Shown one piece after another: positions 1-12,900 of a DNA stretch of 64,000 nucleotides (the stretch's first letter is position 1; each line of letters opens with the position of its first letter). Under the pieces are notes generated by a model. The model saw only the letters and a list, made by a program, of their open reading frames with translations, was not told where the DNA came from and searched no databases. A program made the translations under genes and the position numbers. The DNA is from Vitrella brassicaformis CCMP3155 (taxonomy: Eukaryota > Protista > Chromerida), in contig CDMY01000236.1 of NCBI GenBank assembly GCA_001179505.1, forward strand, positions 1-64,000, read 5' to 3'.

Positions 1-990
1 CTGCCCAGCACCGCCCGGATGGCCCCCACCTCAATCGGATCACCGAGACTCGTTCCCGTACCGTGCGTCTCGATATAAGACACAGCAGCGGGACTGACGC
101 CTCCCTGCGTCAGAGCTCGAGACAAAACTTCTTGCTGGGCGGGCCCATTGGGAGCAGTGAGGCTGGCGCTTCGGCCGTCATGGTTGACAGCGCCGCCCAG
201 CACCGTTCCGAAAGACACGAGGGACTCGTTTGCGGCGAAGGTCGACGGGTGACAGAAGAGCACGGCGCCACATCCCTCCCCACGTGCGAATCCGTCAGCA
301 CTTTTGTCGAATGTCTTGCATCTCGAGTCGCGGGAGAGCATGCGGGCTTTGGAGAAGGCAATGAATGGCATAGGAGAGAGCATCAGGTTGACGCCGCCGA
401 CCAGCGCAGCAGGGCATGCCTGGGCGGTGATGTTCTTGAGGGCGACTTCCATGGCCACGAGGGACGAGGAGCACGCCGTGTCGACAGTCAGACTGGGGCC
501 GCGCAGGCCAAAGACGTACGACAGGCGATTCGACACGATGCTGTTGGCTGAGCCAGTGCCGACATAGGCACTGCGGCCACGGTCGAGTGACTGCACCAGA
601 GCCCCCCAGTCATTGTTGCAGCAGCCGATGAAGACGCCCACTTGCTGGCCGGGCAGCGACTCTGCCCTCAGGCCAGCGACGTACATGGCCTCATAGCCGA
701 CCTCAAGCATGACGCGCTGCTGGGGGTCCATGGTGAGGATCTCTGCCGGGCCGATCTTGAAGAAGGTGTTGTCGAACATGTCGGCCGAGTCCATGAAGCC
801 TCCCTCACGAGCATAGCTGCAGCCGGTGGCGTCGGGGTCGGCCATGTCCAGGACGGCCTCCATGTTCCACCGTGACAGGGGCACTTCACCCATGCAATCT
901 GTCCGCCTCATCATCATCTCCCAGAAGCCAGACGGGCTGCTCACTCCCCCAGGATAGCGACAGGCCACACCCACCACCACTGCCTTCTCA
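1..990 (-). other. PKS module 4 ketosynthase (truncated by window edge)
   Basis: VVGVACRYPGG, MDPQQRVMLEV, LTVDTACSSSLVA, YIETHGTGTSLGDPIEVGAI. Confidence 0.92.
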
Positions 991-3900
991 CGCCCAGACA
1001 CACCATCCACTCCCGTTCTCTCGGGGCCTGGCGGTGCTGCGCCGAACAGCATCGCCTCGCCGTCCTCTGCCTCGGCTGTGGCGTCACCCGTGGAGGTGTC
1101 CATCTGCTGTACGATGAAGTCGATAATTGCGCGCAAAGTGGGGTAGTCGAAGAGGGTGGTGGCAGGCAGCTTGATACCGAGCCGTGCGGATAGGTCGTTG
1201 CGGAACTCGATAGCGCCCAAGGAGTCGATGCCGAGCTCTTGGAGGGGCGATTCGAGAGGCGGTGCAGTGACGTCCACCACTCCGCGCCCCAACGCTTCAG
1301 ACGCCGACTCGACAACCACAGACTGGATGTACGACCGGAGTTGGGAGGAACTCAAGCCACTGAGAATCGCCTTTGTAAGTCGTGGTGTCTGATCTGCCGT
1401 GCGGGGCGTCCTCTCCGCCGATTGACTGGTTCGCTGCACCCTCAAGACATGTCGGGACCCTGGCAGAGGCGACTCGCTCAAAAAGGACACGTGCAGCGCT
1501 TCAGTCAGGAAGCTGGCGTCCACTTCAAACAGCGAGGCATCCCACCGAACGAGAGACGATCCACGAGAGGGCTTGGCCTTGAGGGTGCGGCTGAGTGCTT
1601 CGACCAGAGGCAACGAGGGAACAGTGTGGGGTTCTCCGGCTGTCTTGACCAATGCCTCGAGGGTGACGACGGTCAACTCAGGAGCTGGATCTTGCGCCAG
1701 TACGATTTCCACCAAGCATCGGGCCCGGGTCAGCTGCTGTTCCTTCTGCTCGTCTTCTGCCGATAGCGCACTCACGACGCACAGACACCGAGCGATGGCT
1801 GGCCTCTCCGTCTCGGCCAAGGCTTCAGGCCACGACATCTCTCCACATCGGATGGTGCGATGCTCTCCATCATATCTCAGCCTCATGGTGGTCAAGCGGA
1901 TGCCGTCAGACAGGTCAGTCGCCCATGCGGCCAGATCGGCAGGAGGTGACCACGACGCGACGACAAGACTCTCGCATCCCTGCTGGATGAGGGCCTGAGC
2001 TGCTGGCAGGGCAACGGGCTCCACGTCACCGCACACCAAGACGCACTGATCCCTCAGGGAGGCCACACAACTTGTGGATGGCATGGGCCTCGGCACTGTG
2101 GTGATGTGGCTGTCAGCGGCGTTGCGGACGACGAAGACAGTCTGGTGAAAGAAGATGCCTTTGTTGGGGGTGATGTACTCGAGTACGAGTCCCGTGTCAT
2201 CGAAGGCCCTTTGCCAGCCAGACTGTGGCAGGAGGGGACCGTCGTGCCGGAGGTCGGAGTCGGTGAACCGCCACCACCCCTCTAGCAACCCGAAGGTCGT
2301 CTGGTAGAACCAGATGTGCAGCGTCAACTCGGATATGATCAGAATGCCACCGGGCTTCAGCGACGCCTTGAGGTTGCGGAGCGTCGCCCGAAGGTCCTGG
2401 GTTGCGTGCAGCACGTTGACGGCAATGGCCATGTCGAAGGCGCCTTGGCCAAACCCGCTGTGACGAGGGTCCTTCTCAATGTTGAAGATGGAGTACTCGA
2501 CGTTAGGGTAGTTGGCGAAGCGCTTGGCGGCATTGCGCAAGAAGTACTCGCCCAAATCAGTGAAGAAGTACTTTGTGCGGCTGGGATCCAGCCTGGGCAG
2601 GATGCGGGAGGTCGTGGCACCAGTGCCAGCCCCCACCTCACATATGTGCATTCGCTGTGCGCCCCTCGACAGCTCATGCCTGCACACGAGGTCAGCGATC
2701 TCCATGACGAGGCCGTTGCTGAACTGTGATGGGATGGCGTCTTGGTAGATAGCAGTGGTAAGGTCCATGGACCCCTCAGGGAACATAAGCTCCACTGCAT
2801 CGACGCCACCCTTCAAGGCTTCAACCAGGTAAGGAGCACATGCCTGCGCGACGCTCGCCTCCGCCGCCACCTCCTCGACTAAGCTGTTGAGTGGCGAAGT
2901 GCTGAGACTCACGGGCGGACCACCGTCAACGTCTGATGCGTCCAGCATGTCGACGAGGCTTCGGTAGAGCCTGAGGTGGTGTGGATGGACCACGTCAGCT
3001 TCCCGGACTGCATCGATTGCCGACTGGCAGTATGCACGGCACACTCTCTCCATTTGCGTAAATCCATCGGACCATCGCTGCGCCTCATCCGACTCCATGG
3101 CACCTTTGATAAAGGCAGACAGATGCTCACTCAGACACAGGGAAGCCGACTCATCCAGAGCACCAAAGGCGGGAGAAAGACCACGACCAAGTCCAACGAC
3201 AACGATCTCATCACTGTCCGGTGCTCCCCTGGTGCTCTCGAGCGCAGCTGACAGGCGGCTGGCGTCTTCCGCGTCCACTTGGCGTATCGTTAAACGAGCA
3301 TCTGCCGTGTCGCTGTCAAGCAGCTTGCGGAGCCCATGTGTGTCTGCAGCTGCTTGCCGTGCGAGACCCCTCCTTAAGGCTTCAAGACGGCCCACGATTG
3401 GTGGCCAGTTGGTGGTCTCTGGTGTCGTCTCGGCAGGGTCGATGCGCTTGAGAAGGCGTGCTTCCGTCACAGCCGTGTTGGCCCTGATGTCTTGTTGTGC
3501 GGCATCCTCAAGCCATCCCGCCACTTTGTCGCCCACCTTGAGGTGTGAGACGCCATGTCCGACCTCGGCAACAACGCCGCCACATGCCAAGGGACCGTCT
3601 TGTGCTTGTCCGGAGGGTGGAAGGGCTAGGGCATGGACGCACAGTTTCACTTGGCAGGGTGACGGTGACAGGGCTGGTGTGCTGTGGTCTGGCACCGGAT
3701 CCATTCCCCACTGGACGCGCACTGCCTTGCTCACGGCCGCCTTTGTGTCCGACAGAAGCACGGCTGGGGACAGGTCGACGGACACAGGGATGTCCTTGAG
3801 TGAACGATACTCACGCGGCGCCAACAGAGTGCCGTCCCGATAGGCCCACGCCGCATCAGACCCAGCGGGCCCATCTTGCGCCTTGGATGTCATCATGCCG

Positions 3901-6900
3901 ATGACCGTGCGAGTGGCTGAGGCGGTCGCTTCGAGGGATGGTGGGGCTCCGATGAGATCCAGGGAACGAACGGTGCACTTGGTTGGGTCTTCAGCACTCT
4001 CGAGGCTCTTGAAGGTCAGCAAGGAGTCGTAGGACGGCTCATCACCGTCAGGCCTGTCGACCAACACCAGAACCCCCACAGGCGTGTCGACACACGCAGA
4101 GCTGAGCACTTCGATGGAAGTCCGGAGGTCTTCGCTCTGCAGCTGTGCAGCAAGTTGCGGCTGCGTGCAACACCGATGTACCAGGACAACCCCTCCCGGT
4201 GTGTTAGGGAGACGCCTCGCTGCGTCTGCAAGTGCCTCCACGCTCGAACACACCTCCACGTGGGGCCCGCAGAGAGCTTCATGGAGCTCTGCAGCCCCGC
4301 CAGTCAGGAGAATCGCCACACTCTCCAAAGCCGTCTGCATGGCCTCGCCGCTAATGTCGCAATCGTCCAGGGGGACCCAGCTCTCCTCAAACAGAGTGGT
4401 GCGAGACGAGGAAGGCGCCCCAGGTGCCTTGGACCTGGCCCCTTTGACTTTGACGCGGTCGTAGAAAGGCGTGTGGGCGATCCAGCGGAGGTACGTCTCG
4501 AACCGAATGGGCTGGCAGCAGACGACGTCAACGGTGGATATGTGAGTCTGGACGGCCCACAGGCTGCGGAGGCCGAGGTCGTTGGTGACGCCCCCCCATC
4601 CCATCCTATCGAGCTGGTACTGCCCCACTATCTGGGCCGCCTTGCCCTGCTCTGTCCACACGCCCCACTGAATGCTGGTGGCTGCCAGGCCTAGCGATCG
4701 TCGGTATGTGGTCAGACCGTCCAGGCAGGCGTTGGCAGCCGCATGGTTGGACTGGCCGAAGTTGCCCAGGATCCCAGCAACCGACGAAAAGACCAGGAAC
4801 GTGTCGGCCTGCACCTCCCTCTCAATCAGTAGGTCGTGGAGCGCCCAGGCGCTCTGCACTTTGGGGCCGTAGACATCTGCTATGGTCTCGAGCGTCTGAC
4901 TGCCGATGGCTGCGTCGCTCAATGTGCCGGCAGCATGAATGATCGACTTGGGCACCAGACCCTCCGATTGGACTTGCATGAGGAGGGCGCGGCACTCCTC
5001 AATGGAGCTCACGTCACACTTGGCCGGCCGCAGAGTGATGGACGAGCCCTCCGTGGCTTGGGCGCTCTGCATAATGGTCGTGAGGCGGTGCCATTCCTTG
5101 CTCTCCTTCATCTCCTGAGTAGGCTGGCCTCGTCGCGACACGAGGATGATGTTCCTGGCGCCGTGCTCAATCAGCCAGGCAGCGACCACCAGACCCAGGC
5201 CGCCAAGGCCGCCAGTGATGACATATGCATAGCGGGAAGAAGAAATAGTCTCCGACTGTCCCTCTATGGCCTCATACATGGGAGCGGATGGCATGGTGAG
5301 GACAATCTTGCCGATGTGGACCGCCCGCTGCATGAAGGTGAAGGCCGCCGACCCGCCTTGCCGCTCGTCGCTGAGATCGAATGAGTGGATGGGAGGAGGT
5401 GTGAGCTGGTCCGTCTGGATCATGGAGTTGATGCGGTTCAGCATGCCGCGGAACCACACTGGGTCTTCACTGATCATCATGTCGAGTGCAACAGCTTCGT
5501 AGTTGACGTCTGCCCGCTCTTGAGCCATCTTGTCCCGGCTCCAGATGCCTCGCTTTCCGATCTCAAGGAACCATCCACCCGGACGGATCAGCGCCAGAGA
5601 GAAGGTGATGAACTGACCGCTGAGGCAGTTCAAGACGGCGTCCAGCCGCCCCTCGTCTCCCAGGAACGATTGCATGTCCGTCTGAAATCGTTGCGGGTCT
5701 CGTGAGCTTGTGATATACTGGACCCCCAGGTGTCGCAGGAGGGTCCTCTTGCGGTCGCTGCCTGCCGTGGCGTAGACGATGGCTCCTGCCCTGATGCAGT
5801 GCTGCACGGCAGTCAAGCCGACTCCGCCAGTCGCAGCGTGGATCAGCACCCGGTGGCCAGCCTTGACGTGGGCGACGTCTCGAAGGCAGACCTCCACAGT
5901 GCCGATGATGATGGGCAGCCCAGCAGCTGCAGCGAAGGATATGTTGGGCGGCTTGAGGGCGACTGGTCCAGCGGCTCCGGTGGTGACGTACGTCTTGAGG
6001 CACCCACTGATGACACCGTACACCTCATCCCCCACTTTGAAGGAGGTGGTTTTATCGCCGGCAATGCGTGTGACCGTCCCACTGCACTCTCCACCGGCAT
6101 CAACCGACACTCTTTCAGCAGACGCACAGGCGCCGAGCACCAGCAGGAGGTCGCGAAAGTTGAGACCCGCGGCCCTCACGCGAATCTCCATCTCTCCGGG
6201 GGCCAGCTCTCTCCGCTCACCAGGCTCCTGAGGACGGAGCTTCATCATGCTCTTGAGCGATCCTCGGCCGGACAGCTCCAGCTCAACGGGACCTCGCGCA
6301 ACCAGGGAGCTCTTGATCAGTCGAAGCGCATAGACGACGTCGGCTCGCACGGCCAGTTCCGGCTCCCCATGGGCTGTGAGCCGCGAGGAGTTGGCCGCAA
6401 ACGTCATGAGCTGGTCTTGCCAGGTCGCCGCGCCTGCTCTGTCAAGGTCCACAGTGACAAGGTGAGTAGCGTCTTGGCGCTCGAGCCTGGCGCTTCGCAG
6501 CATGCCCCAGATACCCGCATGGACGGGTCGACACTCCATACTGGCGTCACGGGCCCGCACCCTGTGAATGCTCGACGTGAAGAACACGGCAGTTGTCTCG
6601 TCTGGCGGCCGCGAATCGGCAAGGAGTGCCGCCACCACTTGCATGGCCCCGAACAGAGTGTGCTGCGCATCGACCTCGCAGCTCAGCCCAAGCAGGCACA
6701 TGATCGTATCCCCTCGTCCCTCCGCCAGCAAGGTGGCGACATCCTTCTTGATACCAGCTGGGGCCGACCCATCGCACCACACAACACCGGCAGCTGGGGC
6801 TTTCAGGCCCCTCTCAACGGCAGCCACGAGGGCCTCCTGGGATCGCTCGGCCACAATGATCGGCCGCAGGTCTTGCTCAGTCGTCGCATCCGCCTCCAAT

Positions 6901-9900
6901 GTGAGATGCGGGATCCACCTGGTCTCCCAAAAGTCACCGTCCATTTGCACGATCGACACACTCTTGCTCCCGAGCGACAGCTCCCTCAGACGAAGCTTCT
7001 CGATGGATGCCACCTCCATACCTACGAATCAAGTGGGCACACGGACGCAGGCAGACAGACAGACAGACATGATCACGTGACGGCGTCCGAATGGCACACC
7101 GGCCCGTGTGTGCGTACCCGTAGATCCGTCCGTTGACTCGTATATGGAGATGTCGACAGTGATAGTGGACGATGTGGTCTCGACGACCTTAACGTGCGAC
7201 CACAGCTCCCTGCCCTGCAGCACCGTCCCGGACCGAATGCGCGCCCGTCCAATGGTGAAGGGCACCATAGCCTTGGTTGAATCGCCGTTGCGGTCCACAA
7301 CACATGCTGCAGCCTGCAGCGCCCCATCCAGCACCCTCGGTGACGAGTGGAGGAATCGCTCGTAGGACGTCAGTGAGTGGTCCCCCTTGATGAGCCCTAT
7401 AGCTTCTGACTTGCCCCTGTAGGCCTCCCGGATCGTCTGGTAGGTCGGCCCGTAGCAAAGACCGGCATCCCGCAGCCGGCGATACATGTCATCCGTCTTG
7501 ACCACACGGTCGCAGCGAGAGCGGATCTCAGCGATGTTGGTGGTCTCGCTGGGCATGGAGACCCCCATCGCCTTGGCCCAAATGCGGCCAGTCACGTGCA
7601 CCAGCTGCTCGTGATCGTCTGACCCCTTTCGGCTGCCGATCCTGAACCCAGCATTGTCGAGCAGCGTGCATGCTATCGTCTGCGGGCTGTCAGATCCGCT
7701 GCTGGCGAGGACGAGGGGCGCCTCGAAGCCGACATCCTCCATGGTGACAATATATGACGACCGCATGGCTGCCTTTGGGCCCTTTGGTGCTGCCCTCAGG
7801 TGCTGGTCAAGTGCTGCACTCATGGCGATCTCCAGGTGTCCCGCAGCGGGCCAGATAAGCTGGTTGGCCACGACGTGATCCGCCACCAGCTGCCTCACAG
7901 GGTTGTCGATCCGTGACTCGAACGACACCACCGAGTCGTCCTCCTTTCCAGCATCCTTGTTGAGCCTCCTGGCGATGAGTGGATGCCGCAGCTCGGGCCA
8001 CACGAACGACTGGCGGTGGGTGAAGAGCTCGCTGCCACTGTGCACCGTCACATGGGTCTGGCGGGCTGCATCGACCTCCTTGACCAACTCGACAAAGCCC
8101 GTGGAGCCCTCCTCTGCAGAGCTGCATCCTACCCACCGCTTGGATGCCGACGCCGGGCCTGTCAGGCACTGCTTGGCCATGGTGAGCAAGACAGGCTTGG
8201 GGCCGATCTCAACGAATATGCTGCCGCCCGAGCGTTCCGCTGCTTGGATAGCGCTGGCGAAGCGGACGGGTCTGAGGATGTGTGAGGCCCAGTAGTTGCC
8301 GTTGAGGAGGGTGCTCGTGGCCATTTCCCCGGTCACCGTCGAGTAGAAGTGGCAGTGGGGCGGGCCGAACGAAGTGTCCTCGACGATGCGGCCGAATGGC
8401 TCCTTGATGCCCATCATGAGGTTCGAGTGGAAGGCATGGGACACTGTCAGGTACTTGCAGGCTCGGGCAACTCCCAGGATCTCCATGGCCTGCCTGACAG
8501 CCTCGTCTCGTCCCGACAGCACCACGCTCCGCGGACCATTGACGGCCGCGATGCTCACCAGCTCAGCAGTGGACCGTGGGAGCTGGCCAAGCGCCGCCTC
8601 CACCTCTTCCTCACTTTTACGGATGGCAACCATCACGCCACCGTCACGAGGCAAGTCACTCATGAGCCGTGACCGCTCGGCGACGAGGCGAAGGGCCCCC
8701 TCGAGCGTCAGAACTCCCGCAGTGACTGCAGCGACGTATTCGCCGAGGCTGTGGCCAATGACTGCGTCGGGCGTGATGCCGTGTGCCTTCCAGAGCTCTG
8801 CCATGGCATACTCGTACGTGAAGAGGGCCGGCTGGGCGTAGCGGGTGTCATCGACGTCGGCGCTGCCGTCGAAGATAATCTCCTTGATCGAGTAGCCCTC
8901 GTACGCCTTGAGGTACACATCACAGCGGTCGAATGCCTGCCGGAAGGCATCCTCAGCCTCGTATAGCGTCTTGCCCATGCCGGCGCTCTGCGACCCCTGG
9001 CCAGTAAAGAGGAAGACGACCCCTGCCTGCTGCTGACGAGGGGGGGCCTCCTGGGAGCTGCGCTGCTTCTCCACCAGTGTCGACAATGCATCAGCGTCAC
9101 CCTCCGAGCAGCACACCGATGCGTTGGTACCTCCAAAGCCGAAGGAGCTCACTGTAGCCGTGAGCGCCCCCTCAGCTGAGAGGGCGATGGGCTGAGTGGG
9201 AAAGATGACAGGGAAGTCTCCCGGCTCAATGTGGTGATTGAGCCTCTCCAGGTGGAGATTGCCCGGCGCTTGACGGTTCATGAGCACCAGGAGGATCTTG
9301 ATGAGGCCCGAGATGCCTGCTGCACCCTCGAGGTGTCCGATGTTGGTCTTGAGGGCTCCGAGGACCAGAGGCGACTCGACGCTCCTGTCGCTTCCGTAGA
9401 CGGCCATGATGGAGTTGAACTCTATGGGGTCACCAAGGGAGGTGCCCGTGCCGTGACACTCCACCATCGACACATCCGACGGCACCTTGTTAGCGTAGGC
9501 CAGGGCCGTCTCGAGGCACCGCTGTTGGGCCGGGCCGTTGGGGGCCGTCAAGCTGACGCTCCTCCCATCCTGGTTGACGGCACTGCCTTGCACGGTGGCG
9601 AAGACCTTGAGGTCTCCTTGCCTCGCCTTGTCCATCGTATGCAGCACCACCACACCGCACCCCTCCCCCCTCGCGTACCCATCGGCACTGTCGTCGAATG
9701 TGCGGCACCGGCCGTGCGGTGAGAGCATGCGGGCCTTGGAGAAGAGGATGAAGGGCAGCGGCGACGTCATGACCTGCACACCTCCGACCAATGCGCCGTC
9801 GCAGCGTCCGTCGCGGAGGGAGTGGAATGCGATGTCGATGGCGACGAGGGATGAGGAGCAGGCCGTGTCGACGCTGATGCTGGGGCCCTTGAGCCCTAGC

Positions 9901-12900
9901 ACAAATGAAATGCGATTGGATATGATGGATGATGCGATGGCTGTGCCCGTGTAGGGGGTCGGGACGCTCTCTTCTCGGCTGGTCAGCAGGGCCCAGTCGT
10001 TGGTGCAGCACCCCACGAACACACCCATGTCGGTGCCTCGCACGTGCTTCAGAGTCAGACCGGCGCAGTCCAGGGCACTGGCTGAGGTCTCGAGGATAAT
10101 CCGCTGCTCTGGATTCATTATGGTGGCCTCTTGCGGCGTAATGCCGAAGAAGGAGGCGTCGAAGAGATCGATGTGGTCCATGAAGCCTCCCTCTTTGACG
10201 TAGTAGGACCGTCCATTCAACTCGACGTTGGGGTCGTAGAGGCCCTCAACATCCCAGCGCATCTGAGGCATCTCAACAATGCAGTCCCTCTTGCCCATCA
10301 TCATGTCCCAGAAGGCCAGTGGGCCGTCCACACCGCCGGGCAGACGACAGGACAAGCCAACGACAGCGATGCTTCGCGCCCTCCGTAGGACGGTCCGGGG
10401 CGTGGCCTCGATGATGGCCTCCATCCTCGTCTTGGGCTCTCGCTCATCGCCTAGGGTGTCGGTCACGTAGGTGATGATGTCTTCGAGGGTCGGGTAGTCG
10501 AACAGGGCTGTGGCGGGGAGGCTGATGCCCACCCTCCTGGCCAAACTGTTGCGGAACTCGACAGCCCCCAAGGAGTCGATGCCCAGGTCCGAAAAGGGCA
10601 CATCCATGGGCTGCTTGCCGTCAACGCCCAACACCTCACGGGCAGTCTCAAGCGTCAGGTGCTCAACCATCTCCCGACGCCTGGCACCACTCAAGCTGCG
10701 CAGCCAGTTCTGCACGTCACGGCTTTGATGGGCTGCTTTTGCACCATCAAACTGCACAGCCTTGACGCGGGAGAAGAGGTTGTCGTAGTGCTGGCCCGAG
10801 AAGGTGCTGAGAAGGAGAGTCGTGTCAAGTGGCTGGGCCGTCACGACACCGCCGGCAGGGTGGGCGAGGAGGGAATCGAGCAGACGGAGGGCCAGCTCGT
10901 TGGAGATGGGCGGGATGCCCGCGGCCTTCATCTTGTCCATACTGCCCGCCACTGTTGCCATGCCTTGATCCGACCACGGACCCCACTGGATGCTCACCGA
11001 AGGACGCTGAACGGACCAACACGACACACACGAGACAGACAGACAGACAGACAGGCATGAGCTTCAGGCGAATGACTAACACACCCGTCACGGTCCTGCT
11101 CACTCACCTCTGACGATTGTCGATAGTCGACTAGTGCGTCCACACAGGCATTAGCAGCACTGTAGTTGCTCTGGCCTACGTTGCCCAACAGGCTCGTGAT
11201 TGACGAGAAAGCCACAAAGCGTTCGAAAGGCGACTTCAGCTGTTGTTCCACGCGGTGGATGTTCCACGCTGCCATAGCCTTGCCGACGTATGTGGTGCGC
11301 ATGGTGTCGGGTGTCTGCTGGGCGAGTGGGGCGTCCCTGAGCGCGCCGGCGGCGTGGAAGACGTGTGAGATCCGAAGGCCTTCCTGCTCCAGGCCCGTCA
11401 TGACCTCAAGCACACTGGTCTCGATTCCGACGTCGCAACTCATGGCCCTCACAGTTGTCCTGGACTGCTGCAGCCGTGTCCATCGGTCCATCGCCGACTC
11501 GTCGGGCGCACCTCGCCGTGAGAGGAGAAGGATGTGGTGCGCGCCTTGCTCGACCAGCCACTCGGCCACCACCAGGCCCAGCGCGCCTGTGCCGCCCGTG
11601 ATGACGTGCACGCCCCGCTGGCCCACCACAGATGCATCCGTGGCCGTGTCGACGGGGCTGGGGATGTTGACGATGACCTTGCCGATGTGCTGGGCTTGCT
11701 GCATGAAGCGGAATGCCGCTGTGAGGCCGGTGGTCTTGTCGCTGCTGTAGATGTCGAAGTTGCAGAGAGGGATTGGCTGGATGCGCTGCCCCTCTGCCAG
11801 AGTGCTGATCTCGTCCAGGAGCTGGCCAAACCACTGGGGGCGGTCCCCGATCATGTGGTCAAGGGCCACTACCGCGTACTGCACGTCGGGCCGCACACTC
11901 TCCATGTGCTCCTCGGTCCAGATGCCTCGTTTGCCCAGCTCGACGAAGCGGCCGTTGTGCTCTAAGAACTCCAGTGAGGCCGGGATGTAGTCGTCGATGA
12001 GGGAGTTGAGCACCACGGTGGCGAGACCTCCACTGGCAGTGAGGCTCTGCATCTCCTGCTTGAACTGTGAAGCGTCACGTGACGTTGCGATGAATGCGAT
12101 GCCCATCTCCCGAAGGAAGTCTTGCTTCTTGGCCGATCCCGCTGTGGCAATCACGTCCGCCCCCACTCGTCTGCAGTACTGGATGGCGGCGAGCCCCACT
12201 CCACCAGTGGCCGCATGAATCAACACACGGTCGCCCCGGACCACCTTAGCCGCGTCACGCAAAGAATACTCGACCGTGGCGAAGACGCTGGGCAGCGAGG
12301 CGGCAGCGCTGAAGGACCAGCCGGACGGCATGCGAGCCAGAGTCCACTCGCTCGTCGTCGCGTAGGTCTTGAGGCACCCAGGGGAGACGCCGTAGACGCT
12401 GTCACCCACCTTGAACCGCCCGTCTGTGTGGTGGGCGGTGCTGACCCGGACCACCGTCCCCGAACAGTCGCCCCCGGGTGGTCCAGGGTCACCGGGATAC
12501 AGCCCCATGACATTGAGGACGTCACGGAAGTTCAGACCGATGGCACGGATCCGAACCTCCACTTGGTCAGCCGACAGGTCGGCGGCGCGGGCCTCTTGTG
12601 GCATCGGCTGGAGGAAGAGGTTGGAGATGGCCCCTCGCTCGGACATGACCACCTGGATAGGGCCCCTCTGCCGGATCCTGCTCGCCCGTATCCTCGGGAT
12701 GAGAGTGCTGCCCTGCCGCCCACACACTTCCATCTCGTCTGACTGCTGAAGCAGGTCCGGCAGGGATTCTCTCGTCAGCTCATCGACGTCGACACATGCG
12801 ATGCTGTTCGACACGCCCGTTTCCATCTCACACTCGAGGCGAGCAGACCGCGCGAGGCCCCACAAGCCGCCATGGACAGGCAAGCCGTCGAAGCTCGTCG

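Noticed and set aside
1-7021. PKS being a pseudogene because no long ORF is listed here
   Set aside because: Manual translation gave an open frame from 7021 to the window edge; it is unlisted only because no stop is reached.
5730-7136. 468-aa plus-strand ORF and many other plus-strand ORFs across 1-23900
   Set aside because: Antisense shadows of the GC-rich PKS frame; no motifs.
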